Assembly: GCF_963921235.1 (NCBI RefSeq)
Contig: NC_086097.1
Location: 250,482,001-250,546,000, forward strand
Direction of reading: 5' to 3'
From: Mobula hypostoma
Lineage: Eukaryota
DNA length: 64,000 nt
The notes beneath the pieces are model-generated. The model was not told where the DNA came from. It saw only the letters and a list, made by a program, of their open reading frames with translations, and made no database searches. Below, in pieces: positions 24,601-36,680 of the stretch (the first letter of the stretch is position 1; each line of letters starts with the position of its first letter). Position numbers and translations under genes: made by a program.

Positions 24601-26020
24601 TTGGAGGCAGTGGAGTTCCTGACCATAAAGCCAATGCCAGGAAGGCGTCTCTCAGTCTCTGAGTTGCCTGACCAGTAGAGGGTGTAGCCGGCGCCATGTT
24701 CTTGAAGGTTGCCTTCCTCTGGGAAGTGGACTTCACTGAGAGCAGCGATGTCGACATTCAGTCTTGAAAGTTCATGCGCAACTAGAGCGGATCGTCGTTC
24801 TGGGCGATCACTGTCTGCTGTATCGAGCATGGTTCTGATGTTCCAGCATGCGAGCTTTAGTCCTTGCACTCCTTGTGAAGCAGGTGTGTACCTTTTCTTT
24901 TTTGTTGTTGTTCGACCGCATTTGAGGATGCCCGTTGACCGCGGCTAGCCAACTGGGGAAATGGAAACGAGCTTTGGTTAGGCCACCTTTTCTAGGCCCT
25001 CTCCGTGTGGAGCAAGCAGTGCTGTCCCTAGAGAAGGCTGCTTGGTCGTTCAGGGTGCTGCCGAATGATATCGTCGTCTCCGGGGTCAACATCAGACGGC
25101 CCATGCCCCTGAACCGCCTGCACGCAGGATCGGAACTGCGGCTTCCAGTGTCATCTTTCACCCTGCCGTTTTCGCCCCTTTCCCATCGCAGCAGGGCTTG
25201 ATGAATGGTCGGGGAGGATGGTTGTAGACGTGGGCGTGTCCTTCGGTCTGTGTAATGGTATTTTGGGTGAGTGCAGTGTGCGCGGTACTGGCCCCACCCT
25301 TTACGCCCGGGGTTCATCTGCCATAGCCTAGCAAGCTGGGACGGTGACAGCGAGGTCCTCGGGTCGTAGGGTTTACGCCGGAGTGTCCTTCTAGGTGGAT
25401 GGCCTGACAAGGCTGACGAGCCCCACCTGCCCGGGTTTGGATTCAGAGTTGTTCTTCTCTTAAGGCTGATTTATATTTGTGTGTTAAGTGTACGCCGTAG
25501 GTTCGGCGTAGCCGCGAATCCTACGCAGTATCTACGCTGAACCCTACGCTGTAGCCTAACACGCACCTCTCCCAAAATGTAATTACGCGTCGCAATGTCG
25601 CAAACTGCAGCAACTGTGATTGGTCCGCTTGGTAGCATCGTATCTCCTCCCACGCTGCAATAGCTTCCCACTGGGCGACTGAAGGGCAGGGAAGGAACTC
25701 TGGCTGCAATGCTTTCCATAAAGCTTTATAGACCTCCGAAATTATAGAGAACCCTGTGCTTGACGCCAGTTTGTATCTAGCTGCTACAGCCTGTTGACTT
25801 CTACCTGTAGCTAAAACTTGAATGGTGATTGCCAGTCTACCCATCCAGTTATACCGCTGGACACTCGGCCACCCCATGACGTAGCAAGCTCGGTGGAAAC
25901 AGGGGGCACCGACGAGAAGGTGTTGCTCCGGACGCAGTAATGTAGGAGAGGCTATTTGCAGTGGCCGCCTGCCCAGCGGGCCGGACAGTGACCACACAGC
26001 GATCGCTACACTGGGAAAGG
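21660..26020 (-). mobile_element. Near full-length RTE-clade LINE (APE endonuclease, RT, C-terminal CCHC), AviRTE-like, frameshifted
   Basis: LACWNIRT, SVYAPT, LGDFNAR, TDHRLV; FVDLTKAFD, GVKQGCVLAP, LLFADD, QLRWAGHV, CxxC..SHQRAC; about 30-nt 3' UTR ending GCCATGA; GC-rich 5' UTR to about 26020. Confidence 0.92.
25464..25838 (-). mobile_element. PIF/Harbinger transposon remnant nested in the RTE 5' UTR
   Basis: TAA target (25461-25463) then TIR GGCTGATTTATA; transposase piece [40 protein letters not shown]. Confidence 0.75.
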
Positions 26021-26399
26021 AGAAGCGATGTATTGCGTGTACACTTCCCTGGGTGAGCGAGATGTCAGAGTGGCCATATAGAATGGAAATATAATCCCCT
26101 GTGTATTTCAGAATTGAGCTCTGCTGATAAAGTAATATTAGACCATTGGAAAGGGAATGGGAAAGTAATTAATGTTTTCTGGGATTTACATCATTAATTT
26201 GAGAAGATGAAGTGTGATTAAACAGAAAGTGGTATTATTCCTACTACTTTATTCCCAAAGAGACATGAAAGATAGCAGATACTGGAATCTGGAACAGTCT
26301 GCTGAAGCAGCTCAGGGCAGTTGCAGGGTTTCACCCTGAAACATCAACAGTGTCTTATTCAGAATCAGAATCAGGTTTATTATCACTGACAAAGGTCAT

Positions 26400-26628
26400 T
26401 GAAGCACCTTCAATTACTCCAAAAGACTGAGGTTTGGTAAAATACTGAAAGGCTTTTATTCGCTGTACAATACGACCTCCATAGTGAGTGTCTGCCCCCG
26501 GACTGAGGACGAGGGGCAAGGCGAACACCTTTATACAGGATTCTGTGGGAGGAGCCACAGGGGCAGTCAGCAGAGGGGTGTGTCCAGACAGGTAACCCAG
26601 TTACAACGTATATACATGGTTTACCACA
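26400..26628 (-). mobile_element. Short solo LTR (229 bp), 5-bp TSD GTCAT
   Basis: TG...CA; GTCAT at 26395-26399 and 26629-26633; TATAAA then AATAAA on minus strand. Confidence 0.85.
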
Positions 26629-26721
26629 GTCATGAAATGTATTGTTTTGTGGCAGCAGTACAGTGCAATACATACAAAATTTCTATGAATTAAAATAAGA
26701 AATATATTTTGAAAATAAGTC

Positions 26722-27890
26722 CGTAAGATATAGAAGCAGAAGTAGGCCATTTGGCCCATCAATTCTGCTCCACCATTGAATTATGGGCTGATCCAATTCT
26801 TCCAGTCGTCCCCACTCCCCTGCTTTCACCCCATACCCTTTGATGCCCTGGCTAATCAAGAACTTATCTGTCTCTGCCTTAAATACACCCAATGACTTGG
26901 CCTCCGCAGCTGCTCGTGGCAACAAATTCCATAGATTTACCACCCTCTGACTAAAGTAATTTCTCCACATCTCTGTTCTAAAAGGATGTCTTTCAATCCT
27001 GAAGTCATGCCCTCTTGTCCTAGAATCCCCTGCTATGGGGAATAACTTTGCCATATCTAATCTGTTCAGGCCTTTTACCATTTGGAATGTTTCTATGAAA
27101 TCCCCCCTCATTCTCCTGAACTCCAGGGAATACAGCCCAAGAGCTGCCAGGCGTTCCTCATACAGTAACCCTTTCATTCCTGGAATCATTCTCATGAATC
27201 TTCTCTGAACCCTCTCCAATGTCAGTATATCTTTTCTAAAATAAGGAGCCCAAAACTGCACACAATACTCCAAGTGTGGTCTCACGAGTGCCTCATAGAG
27301 CCTCAACATCACGTCCCTGCTCTTATATTCTATACCCCTAGAAATGACTGCCAACATTGCATTTGCCTTCTTCACAACCGACACAACCTGGCGCTTGACC
27401 TGGACAAGGACTCCCTAGTCCCTTTGCATCTCTGCATTTTGAATTCTCTCCCCATCTAAATAATAATCTGCCCGTCTATTTCTTTCACCAAAGTGCATGA
27501 CCATACACTTTCCCACATTGTATTTCATTTGCCACTTCTTTACCCACTCCTCTAAACTATCCAAGTCTCTCTGTTTCCTCAACACTACCCACTCCTCCAC
27601 CTATATCTTTGTATCATCGGCAAATTTAGCCACAACTCCATTAATACTGTAGTCCAAGTCATTGACATACATCATAAAAAAGCAGCGGTCCCAACCCTGA
27701 CCCCTGGCAGGGGAACTCCACTGGTAACCGGCAGCCAGCCAGAATAGGATTCCTTTATTCCCACTCTGTTTTCTGCCAATCAGCCAATGTTCCACCCATG
27801 TTAGTAACTTCCCTGTAACTCCATGGGCTCTTATCTTGCTAAGCAGCCTCATGTGCGGCGCCTTGTCAAAGGCCTTCTGAAAATCCAAGT
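26722..27890 (-). mobile_element. CR1 LINE, 5'-truncated RT
   Basis: DFQKAFDK, KFADDTK, LVRPHLEYCVQFWAP. Confidence 0.9.
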
Positions 27891-28357
27891 AGGAAGTAGT
27901 GCAAAAAGACAGAAAAACAGTGAGGTAGTGTTCATGGGTTCAGAGACCATTTAGAAATCGGATGGTGGTGGGGAAGAAGCTGTCCCTGAAATGTTGAGTC
28001 TTCAGGCTCTTGTTCCTCCTTCATGATGGTAGCAATGAGACGAGGGTATGACCTGGGTTATGGGAGTCCTTAATGGTGGATGCCACCTTCTGATAGCCAT
28101 GTGCCTATCTAAGAGTTTCTGAAATGTCTGTAATATACCTGCCTTGACCACCCCAGCAGGGTGTTCCACACACCCACCACTCTTTTTAAAAACCTTCCTC
28201 TGACATCCTCCCTACACTTTCCTCCAATCACCTTAAAATTATGCTTCCTCATATTAGCCATTTGCACCTTGCGGAAAAGGTGCTGGCTGTTCACTCTTAC
28301 CATGCCCATTATCATCTGATACAGCTCTATCAAGTCAAGTTTAAGTTTAAGTTTTAG

Positions 28358-28930
28358 GTTTGAGACCACACCTGGAGTACTGTGTGCAGTTTTGGTCTCC
28401 AAATTTGAGGAAGGACATTCTTGCTATTGAGGGAGTGCAGCGTAGGTTCACAAGGTTAATTCCCGGGATGGCGGGACTGTCATATGTCGAAAGATTGGAG
28501 CGACTGGGCTTGTGTACTCTGGAATTTAGAAGGTTGAGAGGGGATCTTAATGAAACATATAAGATTATTAAGGGATTGGACACGCTGGAGGCGGGAAGCA
28601 CGTTCCCGCTGATGGGTGAGTCCAGAACCAGAGGCCATAGTTTAAGAATAAGGGGTAGGCCATTTAGAACACAGTTGAGGAAAACCTTTTTCACCCAGAG
28701 AGTGGTGGATATGTGGAATGCTCTGCCCCAGAAGGCTGTGGAGGCCAAGTCTCCGGATGCTTTCAAGAAAGAGATGGATAGAGTTCTTAAAGATAGCGGA
28801 ATCAAAGGTTATGGGGATAAGGCAGAAACTGGATACTGATTGTGGATGATTAGCCATGATCACAGTGAATGGCGGTGCTGGCTCGAAGGGCCGAATGGCC
28901 TACTCCTGCACCTATTGTCTATTGTCTATT
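28358..28930 (+). mobile_element. CR1 LINE 3' end
   Basis: RPHLEYCVQFWSP..FFTQRVV; (CTATTGT)n tail. Confidence 0.9.
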
Positions 28931-29624
28931 AATCAATTTCATTTAATTTTCATTCAACCATACATGAATGCCCAATGATAGAGTGATCCGCCAGGGCAAA
29001 GAAGGAAAACACAGTACCATTGATCCATAATGATGGGAGCCACATTGCCTTTTGAAGATGACCTGGTTGCTGGGGAGTTTAGTGCCCTGATGGAGCTGGC
29101 TGGGTTTGCAAACCTTTGCAGCTTTTTCTGATCCTGTACGTTGGCCCCTGCATACCAGACGGTGATGAAAACAGCTTCTTTCCCCCCACAGTCGCCGCCC
29201 GGCCCATTGAGATCCCCCAGCAGATTGTCTGTTGCTCTTTACTCTCTGAGAAGTCGAAAGAAAGAGAGTTAACACTTTGACAAAGTACCCTTGGACTTGG
29301 TAAACTTTAGGTACTGTAGCCCCAAAGCAACACATTTCACAACATGCACTCGGTAGCAAATTTACTGGTGCCTCCTGAACCTAGTAAAGTGGCCATTGAG
29401 TGTATGTTCATGGTCTTCTGCTGCTGTAGCCCATCCACTTCAAGGTTCAACATGCTGTGTGTTCAGAGATGCTCTTCTGCACACCACTGCTGTAACGTGT
29501 GGTTATTGGAGTTACTGTCAGTTGAACCAGTCTGGCCATTCTCCTCTGACCTCTCTCATTAACAAAGTATTTTTTTCTCACAGAACTCCCACTATTTGGA
29601 TGTATTTTTTTGATTTTCCAATAC

Positions 29625-31270
29625 AACCATAAGATTTAGAAGAGTGAGACCATTTGGCCCATCAATGGCTGTTCCATTTTTTTCTCTCAGCCCCAAACTC
29701 CTGCATTCTTCCCATATCCCTTCATGCCCTGACTATTCAAGAAACTGTCAACCTCTGCCATAAATATACATAAAGTCTTAGCCTCCACAGCTGTCTGTGG
29801 CAATGAATTCCATAGATTCAACACTCTCTGCCTAAAGAAATTCGTACTTGTCTCTATTCTAAAAGGACACCCATAAGACCTGAAGACCATAAACATAGGA
29901 GCAGAATTAGGCCATTCTGCCCATCGAGTCTGCTCTGCCATTCCATCATGGCTGATCCCGGATCCCACTCAACCCCATACACCTGCCTTCTCGCCATATC
30001 CTTTGATGCACTGACTGATCAGGAGACGATCATAAATATATGTGTGACCTTGGCTTCTAACGCAGTCTGTGGCAGAGAATTCCATGGATTTACTACTCTC
30101 TGGCTAAAAAAAATTCCTCCTTACTTCTATTCTAAAGGGTCGCTCCCCAATTTTGAGGCTGTCCATCTAGTTCTGGATATCCCCACCCACCAAAGGAAAC
30201 ATCCTCTCAACATCCACCCTATCTAGTCCTTTCAACATTCGGTAGGTTTCAATGAAATCCCCCCGCATTCTTCTAAATTCCAGTGAGTACCGGCTCAAAG
30301 CTGCCAAACGCTCCTCATATGTTAACCCTTTCATTCCCAGAAATATCCCCGTGAACCTCCTCTGGACTCTCCAGTGACAACACATCCTTTCTGAGAAACA
30401 GGGCCCAAAACTGTTGACAATACTCCAAGTGCGGCCTGAATAGTGTCTATAAAAGGAAGAATGAGCAAGAGAAGCAAAGGAGGAATTATCTCCTTGCTTT
30501 TATATTCTATTCCCCTTGAAATAAATGGCAACATTGCATTTGCCTTCTTGACCACAGACTTAACATATAAGTTAACCTTCTGGGAGTCATGCACGAGGAC
30601 TCCTAAGTCCCTCCGCACCTCTGATATTTGAACCTTCTCCCTATTTAGATAATAGTCTGCACTATTGTTCCTTTTACCAAAATGCATTATCATACATTTC
30701 CCAACACTGTATTCCATCTGCCACTTTTTTGCCCATTCTTCCATTTTGTAAGTCCTGCTGTAATCGCATTGCTTCCTCAGCACTACCTACCCCTCCACTA
30801 TCTCCGTATCATCTGCAGACTTTGCCACAAAGCTATCAATTCCATTATCCAAATCACTGACAAACAATGTGAAAAGCAGTGCTCCCAATACTGACCCCTG
30901 AGGAACACCACTAGTCACCGACAGCTAACCAGAAAACACCCCCTTTTATTCCACTCGCTGCCTCCTGTCTGTCAGCCATTCCGCTATCTATGCCAGCCCT
31001 TTCCTGTAAAGCCATAGGATTTTATCTTGTTAAGCAGCCTCGATAAGCAATCTCAAGTAAATGACATCCGCTGCCTCTTCTTTCTCCACCCTGCTGGTTA
31101 TTTCCTCAAAGAATTAACAGATTTGTCAGGCAAGATTTCCCTTCACAGAAACCATGCTGACTTTGACTTATTTTATCATTAGTCTACAAGTACCTCAAAA
31201 CCTCATCCTTAATGATAGACACCAACACTTTCCCAACCACTGAAGTTAGGCTAACTGGCCTATAATTTCA
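29625..31270 (-). mobile_element. Nested CR1 LINE fragments
   Basis: WAKKWQMEYSVGKC, KKANAML, LEFRRMRGD; two separate 3' ends at about 29625 and 29875. Confidence 0.8.
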
Positions 31271-31499
31271 TTTTTTTCTGTCTAAGTCCTTCTGTAGCCT
31301 TGTTACTTCCTCCAACCTACCTGCCCCTCCACCTATCTTAATATCGTCTTACATCTTTGCCACAAAGCACCATTTTCGCACCATTCTCTTGAAGTCTCTG
31401 AAACACTAGAGACTGTTGTGTGTGAAAATCCTTGGAGATCAGCAGTTAGTGAATTCGTCAAAGTCACTTAGATCACATTTCTTCCTTATTCACAGCAGG

Positions 31500-32073
31500 T
31501 CTAAAGAAACACAATGGAATCAATGAAAGACCATACCCAACAGGATGGACAAACAGCCAGCATGCAAAAAACAGAAAACTGTGCAAATACAAAAAACAAT
31601 AATAATAAATATGTAAGCAATAAATATTTAGAACATGAGACAAGGAGACCTTTAGAGTGAGTCCAAAGGTTATGGGAACAGTTCAGTGATGGGGTGAATG
31701 AAGTTATCCCCTCTGGTTCTGATGGTTGAGGTGTAATAACTGTTTCTGAACCTGGTTGTGTGAGTCCTGAGGCTCTTGTACCTTCTTCCAGATGGCAGCT
31801 GCGAGAACGGAGCATGACCTGGGTGGTGGGGGTCCCTGATGATGAATACTGCCTTCTTGCAACAATATTCCATTGTTGGAATGGTGCTCAATGGTGGGGA
31901 GGGCTTTACCCATGATGGACAGGGCCGTATCCACTACATTTTGTAGGAATTTCCATTCAAAGGCTTTGGTGTTTCCATGCCAGGCTGTGATGCAATCAGG
32001 CAATATACTCTGCACCATAAGCCTATAGAAGTTTGTCGAAGTTTTAGATGTCATGCCAAATCTTTGCAAACTC
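31500..32073 (-). mobile_element. Rex1/Babar fragment (host of the Tigger insertion; resumes at 33654)
   Basis: NFYRLMVQSILPDCITAWHGN; LPSGRRYKSLRTHTTRFRNSYY. Confidence 0.7.
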
Positions 32074-32075
32074 TA

Positions 32076-33651
32076 CACCCTATCCTCGTTATATGTGAAG
32101 AATACATTCCTCGCAGTCGACGCATAGTATGGAAAACACATAATGTGAATAATTATTTAAATAGAGAAAATAGGGATGCATTCTGGAGGGCTTCCTAAAT
32201 ATGTTTTATCTGTAATTTATTCACATTTTCTTACCAATACGACACAAAAGCAGCACCACAAGGCAGCATTAGGGTTATATTTCATCAATTTAAGGTAACA
32301 TTTAACATAATAAATCATAGAAAGTAAACATCCTCTGGTGTACAGTACTCACCAACAGTGGCAGGCGTGTTCGCTCTGGGAGATGAGTGGTTGTTGTGGT
32401 GTTGGGCAGCTTTACATGGATGAAGTGGATGGTTGTGGGTCGTCAGGATCATCAAGGACAGCAAGGGGTGAAGGAAGCCTCACAGAACTCTCAGAACTGC
32501 CGGCAGCAGAAGATGACACCGGTTTGAAGAAAGTGGTGAGGGTTGTTTGCTTGGCAGCATTTTGTTTTTCAGCATAAATTTGCTTGTAGGGAAGAAGGAC
32601 TGACTGCAGGGAGTGACTGAAATGCTGACTTCGTTCTAAACGTGGGTCCATGTCCATCGCCATTTGTGCCAAGTGTTCCGCAGCCTTAAAAAATTCTGCC
32701 AGTTGCTTCACCGTAAAATCCTTCATCCGCAACTCGACACTTCCTTCTTCATCGCCGTTAACGTTAAAGGCAAGATTCTGTTCAGCTTCAACAGCATAAT
32801 GATTAGCAAACCAATCTTGAAAGATTTGACCAGTGACCCTCGCTTTCTTGTTAGCTGCCCAGTGGACAGGAAGCATATTCTTACTCAAACCCTTAAGAGC
32901 ACGGGGGTTTAGCGAATGCTAAACTAAGAGAGGCTTCATCTTACAGTCTCCTTCGACATTGGAACACATAAGCAGAGTCAACCTATCCTTTGCTGCCTTG
33001 AAACCTGACGCAGTCTTTTCATCCTTACTTATGTAACTGTGTTTCGGCATACGCTTCCAAAAAAGCCCGGTCTCGTCTGCATTAAACACCTGCTTTGGTG
33101 TGAGGCCTAACTCAGCTATCAAAGCCCACAACTGCACAGGGTAGCGTTCAGCAGCTTCGCGGTCAGCACTGGCTTGCTCACCACACACAGCTCAGTTGTG
33201 AAGCCTGTGACGATTAACAAATTTAGAAAACCATCCCCTACTTGCATTAAAGCTAACAATATCACTTGACACTTCCTCACTAGCCTCTGAACAAAGGCGA
33301 CCATAAATTTCCAAAGCTTTCACACGAAGATGTGAAAGGAGGCATAGTTAAATATTTCAAGCACCAAATCAGTGCACCGTAGGTAATAACAACAAAAGCT
33401 TAAGAGCGCAAGATCGCACATCCACTCGCTGCCAAAACCAGTGCGAGACTGGCAGGAGTGAGACTGTGAGGCGTGCGCACGTGACTTGTATTCTTGTATT
33501 GGTGGGAAAGTGGTGCTTCTCGTCCCAGCAGCCTCGCGTAACTGTGAGTTTTGGACGCATATAAGTAGAAGTTGGTAGAAATAGGTTCGATGCATAACTG
33601 TGAATCCACATTGTCTGAAGACGCATATGACGAGGATAGGAGGATAGGGTG
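32076..33651 (-). mobile_element. Tigger/pogo DNA transposon, internally deleted (1576 bp), TA TSD
   Basis: TIR CACCCTATCCTCGTTATATG and its inverse at the right end; TA at 32074-75 and 33652-53; CENP-B HTH FNASRGWFSKF, DDE_1 motif VFNADETGLFWKRMP..KDRLTLL. Confidence 0.9.
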
Positions 33652-33855
33652 TAAACCAAAGTACTGACATGCTTTCTTCATAATTGCTCTTTTCACCTGG
33701 GCCCAGGACAGGTCCTCTGAAATGATATCAAGAGGAATTTAAAGCTGATGTATCATCACATAGAGGCATAGAGACATAGAACACTCCAGCAAAGAAACAG
33801 GCCCTTCGATCCATTCAGTCTTTGCTAAACCGTTAATCTGCCTAGTCTCATTAGC

Positions 33856-35475
33856 TGTTAGGTAAATTGAAGGGATTGAAGGCAGATAAATCCCCAGGGC
33901 CAGATGGTCTGCATCCTAGAGTGCTTAAGGAAGTAGCCCAAGAAATAGTGGATGCATTAGTGATAATTTTTCAAAACTCGTTAGATTCTGGGCTAGTTCC
34001 TGAGGATTGGAGGGTGGCTAATGTAACCCCACTTTTTAAAAAAGGAGGGAGAGAGAAACCGGGGAATTATAGACCGGTTAGCCTAACGTCGGTGGTGGGG
34101 AAACTGCTGGAGTCAGTTATCAAGGATGTGATAACAGCACATTTGGAAAGCAGTGAAATCATCGGACAAAGTCAGCATGGATTTGTGAAAGGAAAATCAT
34201 GTCTGACGAGTCTCATAGAATTTTTTGAGGATGTAACTAGTAGAGTGGATAGGGGAGAACCAGTGGATGTGGTATATTTGGATTTTCAAAAGGCTTTTGA
34301 CAAGATCCCACACAGGAGATTAGTGTGCAAACTTAAAGCGCACGGTATTGGGGGTAAGGTATTGGTGTGGGTGGAGAATTGGTTAGCAGACAGGAAGCAA
34401 AGAGTGGGAATAAACGGGACCTTTTCAGAATGGCAGGCGGTGACTAGTGGGGTACCGCAAGGCTCAGTGCTGGGACCCCAGTCGTTTACAATATATATTA
34501 ATGACTTGGATGAGGGAATTGAATGCAGCATCTCCAAGTTTGCGGATGACACGAAGCTGGGCGGCAGTATTAGCTATGAGGAGGATGCTAAGAGGATGCA
34601 GGGTGACTTGGATAGGTTGGGTGAGTGGGCAAATTCATGGCAGATGCAATTTAATGTGGATAAATGTGAAGTTATCCACTTTGGTGGCAAAAATAGGAAA
34701 ACAGATTATTATCTGAATGGTGGCCGATTAGGAAAAGGGGAGGTGCAACGAGACCTGGGTGTCATTATACACCAGTCATTGAAAGTGGGCATGTAGGTAC
34801 AGCAGGCAGTGAAAAAGGAGAATGGTATGCTGGCATTTATAGCGAGAGGATTCGAGTACAGGAGCAGGGAGGTACTACTGCAGTTGTACAAGGCCTTGGT
34901 GAGACCACACCTGGAGTATTGTGTGCAGTTTTGGTCCCCTAATCTGAGGAAAGACATCCTTGCCATAGAGGGAGTACAAAGAAGGTTCACCAGATTGATT
35001 CCTGAGATGGCAGGACTTTCATATGAAGAAAGACTGGATGAACTGGGCTTGTACTCGTTGGAATTTAGAAGATTGAGGGGAGATCTGATTGAAACGTATA
35101 AAATCCTAAAGGGATTGGACAGGCTAGATGCAGGAAGATTGTTCCCGATGTTGGGGAAGTCCAGAACGAGGGGCCACAGTTTGGGGATAGAGGGGAAGCC
35201 TTTTAGGACCGAGATTAGGAAAAACTTCTTCACACAGAGAGTGGTGAATCTGTGGAATTCTCTGCCACAGGAAACTGTTGAGGCCAGTTCATTGGCTATA
35301 TTTAAGAGGGAGTTAGATATGGCCCTTGTGGCTACGGGGGTCAGGGGGTATGGAGGGAAGGCTGGGGCGGGGTTCTGAGTTGGATGATCAGCCATGATCA
35401 TAATAAATGGCGGTGCAGGCTCGAAAGGCCGAATGGCCTACACCTGCACCTATTTTCTATGTTTCTATGTTTCTA
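33856..35475 (+). pseudogene. Young 5'-truncated CR1 LINE ORF2 (RT) with a single in-frame stop
   Basis: ORFs 33867-34796 and 34809-35378 share a frame; [24 protein letters not shown]; (TTTCTATG)n tail. Confidence 0.95.
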
Positions 35476-36144
35476 TTAATCTGCACATTGACCCTCCATC
35501 CATGTACCTATCCAAATTTCTCTTAGATGTTGAAATCGACCCCACATGCTCCACTTCCACTGGCTGCTCGTTCCTCACTGTCGTAAACATAAACTTGCTG
35601 GATCAAATAACCACAGCGCAAAAAGATCGTTACTTATCTTTTCACCAGTTTATTTCTTCTATCTCAGCCAGCGAGTGAACTTGGTCCCGACATCAGGGGA
35701 TCAAAGGGCATCAAAGGGTATGGGGTGAAAGCAGGAGAGTGGGGATGACTGGAAGAATTGGATCAGCCCATGATTGAATGGCGGAGCAGACTCGATGGGC
35801 TGAATGGCCTGCTTCTGCTCCTATATCTTATGGTCTTATGGGTGGAAGAGAGACCCCAATGATCCTCTCAGTGGTCCTTGCATTTCTGTGTGGGGTCTTG
35901 CAATTAGGTGCCTTGCAATTCCTGTACGTGAATCAGCTGGTCAGGTCCCTCTCAATAGTTCTCCTATAAAAACTGGCTAAATTGTGCAGGAATTGAAGCC
36001 TCACTCACCTCAATCCCCTCAGGAAGTGGAGATGCTGCTGCGCTTTCTTGACAAAGCGGTGGTGTTGAGGGATCAGGTGAGATCATTCATTATGAACTCT
36101 CTGATAATAATAGGTAGAATGATACATCTTGTTGTGCAATCTGA

Positions 36145-36680
36145 TACATCATCAGGGTGTTTCGGATCTTTCATCATCAGACACCCTCGCCGGGTGACCC
36201 AGCCGGGATCAATCAAGCCCCAACTTGTGTCTGAGTAGCATTCAGCCATGGATTACTCCTCCTGATCCACAGCCATCTCGATCGAGGCTCGCTCTGCTGC
36301 CTCTAAGGTGTTCCTGATGGTTTTCCTCTCCTGGTCTCCTGAGGTGTCCATCGGGCTGTAGGCTTGGCCCAGCAAAGCCTCTGCAGCTCACCTCTGTGGG
36401 CATACAGTGTTCCCACCACCCCTTGCTGCAGCACTTGTCCACTGAGTCTTGGTACTTTGTCTCTTTCCTTTCATGGGCCTCCTCCCAGGGAGCGGTCAGT
36501 TCCACATGACCACCTATCTCGATGACTCTGGCAGCAGCACTCCGTCTGGCCTATGCGTGGTCGAGCAGATGTGCTCAGGGAATCTGAGCTGCTTCCCCAG
36601 GGTCGACTCTCAATTGCCAGTCCTTTGCAGTTCCTAGGAAACCGGTGTGCTCCTGGGATTGGGTTTGGCTTTCTCCCCAT
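36145..36680 (-). mobile_element. HERO-type LINE 3' end (RLE domain and 3' UTR)
   Basis: ELTAPWEEAHERKETKY..PTEVSCRGFAG; 3' UTR homologous to 56040-56160. Confidence 0.75.

Noticed and set aside
25521..25997. HARBI1-like 158-aa host protein
   Set aside because: Chimeric ORF running from RTE leader into a short Harbinger fragment, with no catalytic DDE region
26020..26080. HDV-like ribozyme or TSD at the extreme 5' end of the RTE
   Set aside because: Only one short pairing (GGCCAC/GTGGTC) seen; no convincing P3/L3 and no TSD matching the 3' flank
29180..29290. Exon after the strong acceptor TTCTTTCCCCCCACAG
   Set aside because: The reverse strand resembles the PLE-associated terminal repeat found throughout the window
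32412..33304. Domesticated TIGD/CENP-B-like gene
   Set aside because: Fragmented ORFs, internal deletions, and retained TIRs with TA TSD indicate a dead transposon
33867..35378. Functional host reverse transcriptase gene
   Set aside because: 5'-truncated CR1 with an in-frame stop and a retroposon tail
36153..36190. Hammerhead-like CTGATGA...GAAAC in the HERO 3' UTR (minus strand)
   Set aside because: Stem I is absent (the cleavage-site C would also be core C3), stem II does not pair, and the sister copy at about 56090 lacks CTGATGA; better explained as a plain hairpin
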